Assembly (NCBI GenBank): GCA_043810635.1
Contig: JBDRNY010000055.1
Span: 1-12,499 of the forward strand
Direction: 5' to 3'
DNA: 12,499 nucleotides
DNA from: Candidatus Micrarchaeota archaeon
GTDB taxonomy: Archaea > Micrarchaeota > Micrarchaeia > Anstonellales > Anstonellaceae
In this document: positions 1 to 7,272 of the stretch, piece after piece
Layout of the letters: every line of letters starts with the position of its first letter
How positions within the stretch are numbered: position 1 is the stretch's first letter
The notes under the pieces: model-generated
Databases searched by the model: none
Told to the model about the DNA's origin: nothing
Seen by the model: only the letters and a program-made list of their open reading frames with translations
Translations under genes and position numbers: made by a program

Positions 1-1097
1 TGTTTAAGACCATAAACTTCTTGTGGATTCACACTTAGCCTAAATTTTGGGACCTTAACCTCAGTATCGGACTTTCCCGTAGTGCCCCGCTGGCTTACCC
101 AACGGAACCCGACTCCCTCCTTCTACGACGGTTATAGATTCGAGGTTTGACAATCAGGTGAACCCTTTCGGATCCGCTCCCAATGATCAGTGCCCTACCC
201 CATAACCAATCTCCGGAGAGGCTATACTAAGATATAACTCGAAGGGAACCCGCTATTGCGACGTTCGACTGGACTATCACCCCTATACATAGGTCACCCA
301 AGCAGAATATACTAGCACTGGTTGCGGTCCTCCATCCGCCGTCAGGCGGACTTCGACCTGCCCATGTATAGATCACTATCGCTTCGGGTCTGTAAAGAGT
401 GACTGCTCGCCTTTTCAGACGACGGGCATTAACGCCCACTTGCTTTCGCTTCGGCTTTCGCCTTGCCACGCTAGACAACTCCCTGGCCCTTGCTTCAAGA
501 AGGAGGATATAACGCCGGCAACTTTTTTTCGCGCATACCCCTGCGGGTAATTGCTTCAAAAAAGCTATCCTTTCACGCTATATCAAACTGTGGCCATTTA
601 GTTTCAGGTTCTTTTTACCCCCCTTCCGGGGAACTTTTCAGCTTTCACTCACGTTACTCATTCGCTATCGGTCTCTGATTATATTTAGTGTTGGAAGTTG
701 ATACTCCCATATTCATGCCCTATATTCAAAGGACACTACTCTTTTGGCTTCTCACCACACATAATTTGCACACGAGGCTTTCACTCTCTATGGCGCAACT
801 TTCCAATTGCTTGTGCTGGTATATATGGTTGATATGCCCCACATCTCCCTTCTGTTGCCAGAATAGGATTCGGAATGCACTAATTGGCTTTCAGTCACCC
901 TTACTAACCAAATCTCATTGATTTCTTTTCCTGCCGGTACTAGAATGTTTTAATTTCCGGCGTATTAGCCCAACTTCAGGGCACTGTGCAATCTCAGGAT
1001 CAAAGGCTGCCTGCGCCTACCCTGAGCATTTCGCTGCTTGCCGCGGCACTATGCTCTATCAGAGCCGAGCCATCCACTAAATGGCGCTAACAACATA
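1..1097 (-). rRNA. rrl: 23S rRNA gene, 5' portion (runs off window left edge at roughly E. coli position 1050)
   Basis: The reverse complement reads GCC..TAGTGGATGGCTCGGCTC (archaeal 23S 5' end), then CTAGTACC..AGGAAAAGAAA, GAGACCGATAGCGAA..AGTAACGTGAG.GAAAGCTGAAAAG, CGTCTGAAAAGGCG and GGTTAAGGTCCCAAAA. The 5' end is approximate (+/-10 nt). No intron is seen in this part. Confidence 0.96.
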
Positions 1098-1465
1098 CCA
1101 CATCCGTGAACTCTCTATATTGTTATAAATAAATACAACAATTCCTGCTGTGTTACCCTATATTTGAGGATGCACAGCAGTCTCCCCAAGCCTTGTGGCT
1201 TGAGGATCGGCTGCCTTCATACACATTACCGCTATCATTGCGTCATAAAGCCGGGGAAACTAGTTGGCTCTCTTCAACGGGCGGATGAGAATAAATTATT
1301 CTCCATTGCTCCTGCCAGAGGGCAGAATACAAACCCAAATTACAATTTTCCCTTGCCTGTTAATCCGCAAGAGGCGGGGAGTAGGCTAGGGGTTGTAATT
1401 TATGCATCGCACCAGAAACTAAGTTCGGTGCTAATGTCAGGAAGCATCACACTGCCTGAAAGGTG
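1098..1465 (-). other. Highly structured 5' leader (external transcribed spacer) of the 23S transcript
   Basis: Lies between a minus-strand TATA box (1488-1495) and the 23S 5' end. It has a series of hairpins: ctgctgtg/cacagcag, ccccaagcc/ggcttgagg, gagaataa/ttattctc, ctgcc/ggcag, aaattacaa/ttgtaattt, gcacc/ggtgc. Confidence 0.6.
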
Positions 1466-1487
1466 GAAATAGATAGAGCATTCCAAG

Positions 1488-1502
1488 TATTTAAAGCTAT
1501 CG
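1488..1502 (-). promoter_or_regulatory. Putative BRE/TATA promoter of the 23S transcript
   Basis: The minus strand reads CGATAGC-TTTAAATA, matching the archaeal TATA consensus, just upstream of the structured leader. Confidence 0.55.
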
Positions 1503-1535
1503 AGTAAAAAGTGGTGAATTGTAAACAAACACTAA

Positions 1536-1543
1536 TTTAAATA
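1536..1543 (+). promoter_or_regulatory. Putative TATA box for the CAP-domain gene (leaderless transcript)
   Basis: TTTAAATA ends 21 nt before ATG 1565. A second AT-rich box (TTTATATA, 1548-1555) could serve ATG 1580. Confidence 0.45.
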
Positions 1544-1564
1544 TGTGTTTATATAAATACAAAT

Positions 1565-2434
1565 ATGGAAAAGAATTTGATGAACAGGCGGAGCTTTATA
1601 AGAAAATGCGTTTTGCTTGCGCCTGCTTTAGTTTTTGGGCCAAAGCTGATTGAGAACCGCGCTTATGCAAGAAGTTATACAAGAAAGGAAGTTGAAAAAA
1701 TTCAGCCAAAAATTAAGGGGGAGATTGCGCTTTTGCTTGCCCAAGGGGAGAGAGTTAGGCTGAAAATGAAAAAAGAGGGGGGAAGTTCAAGGGCCTGGAA
1801 TTTTTTTGATAATCTGGATTCATATATTAAAGATACTTTTGAGGATGTTCTGATAAGCCTGAAGCATTTTGAGGAAAATGAAAAGCATGAGATATTTGAT
1901 ATTGAAAATGCTGAGGGGGTGAGGGTTGTTGGCCAAAAAACCATGCAAATTGAGAGCCTTATTTTTGAATTTGTAAATAATGAGAGGGCAAAAAGAGGGG
2001 TGCGTAAACTTGTATATGATGAGAAATTATCAGAAATTTCAAGAGGGCATGCTGAAGATATGGCAAAAAACTTTTTTTACTCCCATATAAATTTGAAAAG
2101 GCAGGATGTGACTGATAGGGCGCGGGCCGCGGGATATGATACAAAAAGAACTGTCAACGGGCTTGTATTTTATGGTGTTGGGGAAAATATTGCAAATGCC
2201 AAAACAGGCAAAGTTTTTGGGAGAGGTTATGTTGAAGATACCCAAGCAAATGTTTCGTGGGAATTTACAAGAACATGGATGGAGAGCCGCGGACATAGGG
2301 AAAATCTGCTAAATTCAATATATTCAAAAACAGGGATAGGGGTTGCAAAGGAGTATTCTTTATATTATGAGGTTTTTGACGGGCTTTTTATTGAAAATGG
2401 CTCAAACTACAAAGGAGTGCAGAATTTCTGGTAA
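1565..2434 (+). CDS. Secreted CAP (SCP/PR-1/YkwD-like) domain protein with twin-arginine signal peptide
   Basis: The N-terminus NRRSFIRK-hydrophobic-AYA is Tat-like. CAP motifs: VNNERAKRG, HAEDMA..FYSH, GENIA, WMESRGHRENLL, GIGVA, VQNF. Confidence 0.88.
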   Translation: MEKNLMNRRSFIRKCVLLAPALVFGPKLIENRAYARSYTRKEVEKIQPKIKGEIALLLAQGERVRLKMKKEGGSSRAWNFFDNLDSYIKDTFEDVLISLKHFEENEKHEIFDIENAEGVRVVGQKTMQIESLIFEFVNNERAKRGVRKLVYDEKLSEISRGHAEDMAKNFFYSHINLKRQDVTDRARAAGYDTKRTVNGLVFYGVGENIANAKTGKVFGRGYVEDTQANVSWEFTRTWMESRGHRENLLNSIYSKTGIGVAKEYSLYYEVFDGLFIENGSNYKGVQNFW

Positions 2435-2569
2435 GTTTATTATTTTGCTTATTTTTTCAATTCGCCCTTTTTTGCAGGTATTGTGTTTCGTCTTTTGCTT
2501 TTTTTCTTTTCCTTATTTTTCAATTTATTCTGCTTTTGCCGGTGTTATGTTTTTCATTTTGCGTTTGCC

Positions 2570-3814
2570 TTATTTTTTTCCTTTCTTCTTTTTTCCTTTT
2601 TCCGCTTTTTTAGGTTCTTTTTTAATTTCAGTTTTTCCAATTTTTGTTTTTTTGTGCCCAAGCATCAAATAGCCGAGGGCAATTACAATTCCTACAAGCA
2701 CTATCAATACCGCAGTTGCCATCTGCAAATTAAATTCCTCCCCTTCTTTTATCGGAGAGATTGGGGCGGGGGGTGCTGGAGGGTTGGAGGAAGGCGTTGG
2801 GAAATATTCTGGGTATAACTCTTTCAAGGGCTTTTGTTGTTTTGAAAAGCTTGCTGTAATATTAAATGTTATTTCCTTGGATTGCAGTATTGCCCTGTCA
2901 GTGTCTGTTGTATAGCATTCAATAAACCAGTAATACTGCCTTTCTTCATCTGCTTCCCAAGTATCTATTGAAGCCAATTTTCCATTATTTGTAATTGTAG
3001 AATGGTTTTGTATTAATGAATTTATTATAAGCTTGCAATTGGCTTCTTCAGGAGCCCAATCCCCGTTTTGGTATATAAAAACAAATCTTGGATTGGAATA
3101 GTTGATTGTTTCATTTTCTTTTGGGGAGAGGATGGTTATGTTGTTGAATTTGTCAGGCTCAACGGCAATTATCCAAGTATCAGATTGAAATCCGTCGCAT
3201 GTAACATACCAGGGATAAAATACCCCTTTTGGAATATTTATTATTTCTATTATGCCGGTTTCGCCATCAGGAAGCTGGAGAGGGCCCCGCTCATTCCCCC
3301 TTACATTTATATAGCATTCTGAAACATTTCTTCCAAAATCTGTTTTATGGTAAATAAATTGAAATTCGATTGTAGTGTTTTTTGTTTTTAGTTCATGTGC
3401 GGGTGAAACAAGCTCTACTGTCGGCACGTTTCCTGAAAAAATTGTCTGCATATGAGAAGTTATGTTGTGCTCATCTTTTGTGCATTGAATATTCCACGGG
3501 TGAAAGCCTTTTTCATCAATCAATTCCCTTGGTATGGAAAGTGAAAGCTCGCCGCCTTCCAATTCTTCAAACTCTTTTGCCGTTCCCTCCACCTGAATAT
3601 CATCAACAAACAAAACACAATTCCACTCGTCAATGCTGGCATTTATTTTGAATACTGCGGTTATTTCAGTCCAATTTTCACCTGAAATATTATTCAGCAT
3701 ATAGCCGTCAGGGGGGGAGAGAATTTCAATTTCCAATGCTTCCGGAAAATAATCCCCTGCAAACAAGGAAAGGGAGAGAATTGCTATTGTGAGAATGAAA
3801 ATATTTTTTTGCAT
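2570..3814 (-). CDS. Membrane-anchored surface protein with three Ig-like repeats, Pro-rich linker, C-terminal TM helix and Lys-rich tail
   Basis: Signal peptide, then three repeats (I/V)x(I/L)(L/V)SP...C-x-(L/I)...W-x-(I/V)-x-C, then PTPSSNPPAPPAP, TM segment AVLIVLVGIVIALGYLML and a poly-K tail. Start placed at ATG 3814 (GGGTG SD-like motif upstream); GTG 3823 is the alternative. Confidence 0.82.
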   Translation of the reverse strand: MQKNIFILTIAILSLSLFAGDYFPEALEIEILSPPDGYMLNNISGENWTEITAVFKINASIDEWNCVLFVDDIQVEGTAKEFEELEGGELSLSIPRELIDEKGFHPWNIQCTKDEHNITSHMQTIFSGNVPTVELVSPAHELKTKNTTIEFQFIYHKTDFGRNVSECYINVRGNERGPLQLPDGETGIIEIINIPKGVFYPWYVTCDGFQSDTWIIAVEPDKFNNITILSPKENETINYSNPRFVFIYQNGDWAPEEANCKLIINSLIQNHSTITNNGKLASIDTWEADEERQYYWFIECYTTDTDRAILQSKEITFNITASFSKQQKPLKELYPEYFPTPSSNPPAPPAPISPIKEGEEFNLQMATAVLIVLVGIVIALGYLMLGHKKTKIGKTEIKKEPKKAEKGKKKKGKK

Positions 3815-4020
3815 AATAAACACACCCAGAATGTTAATTGGATTAAATGAAAAAGGGGCGGGGGGAATAAAAGAGTTTTGTTTTTGTTTGGAATTTTTTG
3901 AAAAATACGAGGGGCTTCGAGGATGATAGATTTATATATTAGAAAAGCACTATAAATTGCTGTCGTTTGTGCGTTTTTGCACAACGTTTGTTTTTTCGGG
4001 GTGAGAATAGTTCTTGCCTT

Positions 4021-4035
4021 ATGAAAATTTTTATG
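4021..4035 (+). promoter_or_regulatory. Putative BRE/TATA promoter of the 16S transcript
   Basis: ATGAAAA-TTTTTATG lies ~26 nt before the start of the processing stem (4062). An alternative TATA box is TTTATATA at 3931-3938. Confidence 0.4.
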
Positions 4036-4061
4036 GAAGCAGGGCACCTGCTCTGCTTGAC

Positions 4062-4095
4062 GTACGTGCATAAGAGGAACTAGACGAAGATTAGA
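4062..4095 (+). other. 5' strand of the 16S processing stem with BHB motif
   Basis: gtacgtgcataagagg (4062-4077) pairs with 8551-8567. Helix aact/ggtt, bulges aga (4082-4084) and taa (8548-8550). cgaagattaga (4085-4095) pairs with 8533-8543. Confidence 0.85.
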
Positions 4096-4413
4096 TAGTG
4101 GTGAATTTCCGCTAAAATTTTCTTCCTTAAGAATTTGCGATAAAGTACTCGACTCCAGTCGATCCTGCTGGAGGGTACTGCTATCGGAGTACGATTAAGC
4201 CATGCAAGTTAGCTGACAAACTTTTGTCGGCGGCGAACGGCTGAGTAACGCGTAGTCAATCTGCCCTTAGGACGGGAATACCCTCGGGAAACTGAGGATA
4301 ATCCCCGATATGCCATCTATGCTGGAATGCTTGATGGTTCAAACCAATAGTGAATTGGAGCTATTTGGCCTGAGGATGAGACTGCGTCTGATTAGGTTGT
4401 TGGTGAGGTAACG

Positions 4414-5336
4414 ATGGATGTGATAGCTCACAAAAACTTAATAAATCTTCAAGCACCTAACTAGTTAGGTGGTTGGATGGTAAGGAGGGTAAATCTAAGT
4501 CTTCAACAAATGAAAAGGCTTTTCAGAACTTTACAGGCAAAAACAAATCGGTTCCAAAAGCTAGAACCCAAGGTTCTTGCAGAGAATTCTCAATACATAG
4601 CTGCTTTTAGGCTTGTTCTTGACATAACATCAGAAAAATTTGCTGTTCTGTGTGATAGAACAAGAGGCGCTATAAACAGCTTGGAGAGAGAACAAAAAAG
4701 AATTGATTTGAAAACAGCAACGCATTATGCAAACGTCATTAATAAAGAACTGGAAACAGCAAACAAAGAGCTGAATTTAAATGACATAGAACAACGATAC
4801 CAGAAATTTTATGGAAGAGCCTTAAAAGGAATTTCCCTTCTCTCAAAAGAAGCTCAGGTCAACTTTGCAAGAAATGGTGCAAAGCACGCCTTGAAAAAAA
4901 GAAAAGAGAATGGGAGGTATTATGAAGCATCAAGAAAAGGGATTGAGCAACAACGACTGACAGAACAGGAGAAAAGGGTTGCCAAAATCCTAAAAAAAGA
5001 AAAGATTCCTTTTGAAACACATAAATTCATTTGTGGAGAAAATGCAGATATCTACATAAAAAAGGAGCCGCCTTTTGTTGTAGGCTGCAAATGTGCAAAA
5101 AACGTTAGAAATATAACGGAACATGCACGAAGACTGATGTACCAAGCTTACCGTATTAAATCCAACCAAAATGCGAGATATGTTGCAGTAATAAGCAACT
5201 CCGAAGGGACACTTAAGAAAAAAGATGTCCCGATGGGAGCGATCAGATTGCTCGATGAAATCTGTGATGGTTATTTTTTTGATGAAAACCTTGAAGATAT
5301 TATTAAGATGGTGAAAAGCTAGCACATTCAGTATAA
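4414..5336 (+). mobile_element. 16S intron 1 (923 nt, BHB type, after ~E. coli 265, helix 11 loop), ORF-containing
   Basis: Terminal stem 4415-4428/5317-5330 (13 of 14 paired), relaxed central helix gtaa/gtat, bulges cga and aag. The splice gives GGTGAGGTAACG|GCTCACC. Confidence 0.92.
4477..5322 (+). CDS. Intron-encoded XRE-type HTH + PD-(D/E)xK (Vsr/DUF559-like) putative homing endonuclease
   Basis: HTH-like segment YIAAFRLVLDITSEKFAVLCDRTRGAINSLE. Nuclease-like segment LTEQEKRVAKIL...ADIYI...VVGCK. Clearly similar to the 7324-8070 ORF. Confidence 0.75.
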   Translation: MVRRVNLSLQQMKRLFRTLQAKTNRFQKLEPKVLAENSQYIAAFRLVLDITSEKFAVLCDRTRGAINSLEREQKRIDLKTATHYANVINKELETANKELNLNDIEQRYQKFYGRALKGISLLSKEAQVNFARNGAKHALKKRKENGRYYEASRKGIEQQRLTEQEKRVAKILKKEKIPFETHKFICGENADIYIKKEPPFVVGCKCAKNVRNITEHARRLMYQAYRIKSNQNARYVAVISNSEGTLKKKDVPMGAIRLLDEICDGYFFDENLEDIIKMVKS

Positions 5337-5558
5337 GCTCACCAAGCCGATAATCAGTAGGGGCAATGGGAGTTGGAGCCCCCAGAAGGGCACTGAGACA
5401 AGGGCCCTAGTCCTACGGGATGCAGCAGGCGCGAAACCTTTGCAATGCGCGAAAGCGTGACAGGGGAACTCCGAGTGATAGAGGCATCATGTTTCTATCT
5501 TTTTGTCAATCCAAAAAGTTGGCAGAATAAGATCTGGGTAAGACTAGTGCCAGCCGCC

Positions 5559-5592
5559 ATGCGCGTGAGTTTTCGCACGCACGGCACGGTAC
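5559..5592 (+). other. 16S intron 2 (34 nt hairpin, BHB type, after ~E. coli 526, 530 loop)
   Basis: Interrupts GTGCCAGCCGCC|GCGGTAA. Helix gccg/cggt, bulges cca and acg, internal hairpin 5560-5581. Confidence 0.9.
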
Positions 5593-5848
5593 GCGGTAAT
5601 ACTAGCAGAGCGAGTGGTATCCACGAATATTGGGTCTAAAGAGTCCGTAGCGGGCCGGTTAAGTCCACTGTGAAATCCAACAGCTCAACTGTTGGGCGTG
5701 CAGTAGATACTGACTGGCTTGGGAGTGGGGGAGGTCAGGAGTACTTGCGGGGTAGTGGTAAAATACTGTAATCCTGCAAGGACTACCAGTGGCGAAGGCG
5801 CCTGACCAAAACACGTCCGACCGTGAGGGACGAAGGCTAGGAGAACGA

Positions 5849-5983
5849 ACTAGAATGGAGGACAATTTTTTATAGTGCGCAAAATTTGATGAGGATGCAA
5901 GTATCTAACAATCTGTTTATACGGGTTGCGAATGCTACATTGCATTCTGAAAATAATGCAAACAACTTCCATTTTTGGTTCAA
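5849..5983 (+). other. 16S intron 3 (135 nt, BHB type, after ~E. coli 781), no ORF, contains box C/D-like motifs
   Basis: Helix gaac/gttc, bulges gaa and aaa, stem 5850-5861/5966-5977. The splice gives GAACGA|ATCGGATTAG. Confidence 0.92.
5886..5950 (+). ncRNA. Candidate intron-encoded box C/D (kink-turn) small RNA
   Basis: tTGATGA (5886-5892) and CTGA (5947-5950) are 65 nt apart end to end. The internal gtatctaa is antisense to 16S ttagatac. C'/D' boxes are not clearly defined. Confidence 0.45.
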
Positions 5984-5995
5984 ATCGGATTAGAT

Positions 5996-6025
5996 ATGCC
6001 ATCAAAAGTTTCGATGGCACTAAAA
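5996..6025 (+). other. 16S intron 4 (30 nt hairpin, BHB type, after ~E. coli 793)
   Basis: Helix ttag/ctaa, bulges ata and aaa, stem tgccatc/gatggca. The splice gives GGATTAGAT|ACCCGAG. Confidence 0.94.
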
Positions 6026-6156
6026 ACCCGAGTAGCCCTAGCAGTAAATTATGCAGACTGTGGTGTTGCCTGAACTTCGGGTTCAGGCAGTGCTGTAGCG
6101 TAGGTGTTAAGTCTGCCACCTGGGGAGTACGGCCGCAAGGTTGAAACTTAAAGGAA

Positions 6157-6836
6157 AAAGCGGAAGCAACATTTTTTCAATAATTCTCAATAAATAACGA
6201 CTGGAAAGTTACCCTTTGACTTCATTTATAAATGAAGTTTGAGATAGCTTTTCATGAATGAAAAACTGTGTTATTTATTGGGGGCCTTAAGAGACGGAAA
6301 TTTCGATGTGAGAAAAGGAAAAAACTACGAGCTAAGGATTTACCAGAATGAAGTTCAGTGGTTAACAGAAATTGCAGAAATTCTTTTTGATTTGTTTAAA
6401 ATTAAAGCAAAAATCAGAGGGAATCTTCTTCGCTTAAACAACAAAAAAGTTGTGAGCAAGATACTCTCAATTTCTGAATACATAAAACCGCAGGAACACT
6501 GGCAAACGCCGACTATAATCAGAATCTCCTCAGATGAGGAGAAGTGGTGGTATGTCGGAGGTTTTTGGGATACAGAAGGCGGCTTGCCTTTAAATCCTGA
6601 AATTGCAACTCAAAAATATATTTCCTTTGATCAGAAAAACAAGGAAACCTTGATTTTCATTCGAAACTTCCTTTGCGAATTTGGAATAAAGCCGACTAAC
6701 TTGACCTATACGGGAAAAGTTTGGCAGTTTCGGATAACACGCAAGAAGTGTATGATAAATTTCGCAAAAAATATACATTCTATTCATAGAACAAAATTAG
6801 ATAGGCTCAAAAGGCTCGTTGCTTCTGTTTCCTGAA
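6157..6836 (+). mobile_element. 16S intron 5 (680 nt, BHB type, after ~E. coli 919), LAGLIDADG-containing
   Basis: 13-bp stem 6158-6170/6818-6830, helix aagg/cctg, bulges aaa and aat. The splice gives AAAGGAA|TTGGCGG. Confidence 0.93.
6254..6835 (+). CDS. Intron-encoded two-motif LAGLIDADG homing endonuclease
   Basis: Motifs YLLGALRDG and YVGGFWDTEGG, with downstream ISFDQKNKETLIFIRNFL and WQFRI. TATA box TTTATAAA at 6225-6232. Confidence 0.92.
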   Translation: MNEKLCYLLGALRDGNFDVRKGKNYELRIYQNEVQWLTEIAEILFDLFKIKAKIRGNLLRLNNKKVVSKILSISEYIKPQEHWQTPTIIRISSDEEKWWYVGGFWDTEGGLPLNPEIATQKYISFDQKNKETLIFIRNFLCEFGIKPTNLTYTGKVWQFRITRKKCMINFAKNIHSIHRTKLDRLKRLVASVS

Positions 6837-6896
6837 TTGGCGGGGGAGCACCACAAGGCGTGGATGCTGCGGTTCAATTGGATACAACGCCGGGAA

Positions 6897-7053
6897 ATAT
6901 TCCAAACAAACTAAAAATGAAATTAAAAAAATCGCTTTCAAAATTTGCGTATCCGTCCCCAAGCCGGGGACCTCCGGAAAATTTTGAAGGTTAGCGACTC
7001 GTTTCGGCAACGGGTTGTTATTTTATGTTAATTTGTTTGTTGGAATACCCGAC
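6897..7053 (+). other. 16S intron 6 (157 nt, BHB type, after ~E. coli 978), structured, no ORF
   Basis: Helix cggg/cccg, bulges aaa and acc, stem tattccaa/ttggaata. The splice gives CGGGAA|CCTTACC. Confidence 0.93.
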
Positions 7054-7272
7054 CCTTACCGGGGGAGACGGCACTATGACGGCCAGACTAAAGATCTTGC
7101 CAGAGGAGCCGAGAGGTGCTGCATGGCCATCGTCAGCTCGTGGTGCGAACTGTCAGGTTAAGTCCTGGAACGAGCGAGACCCTCGTGCACTGTTGCTAAT
7201 TTCATCTCCGGATGAGATGCACACTGTGCGGACTGCCCGCGTTAAGCGGGAGGAAGGAGGGGGCGACGATAG

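Noticed and set aside
1141..1465. RNase P RNA, SRP RNA or tRNA upstream of 23S
   Set aside because: The conserved P4 motifs, SRP helix-8 motif and cloverleaf/T-loop were not found on either strand.
227..1472. ORFs 227-559, 490-678, 688-921 and 1164-1472
   Set aside because: They lie in the 23S rRNA or its structured leader and have no protein-like features.
2343..2818. Phe-rich ORFs 2343-2672 and 2483-2818
   Set aside because: Shadow of the antisense Lys-rich tail and of the T-rich region between convergent genes.
4344..4368. Possible ninth intron in 16S helix 10 (ccaatag...ctatttgg)
   Set aside because: It lies in a variable region and no convincing BHB could be drawn; treated as an extended helix.
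6949..6975. Resemblance of intron 6 (gtatccgt...acctcc) to the 16S 3' end
   Set aside because: Only 8- and 6-nt matches with different spacing, which is compatible with chance.
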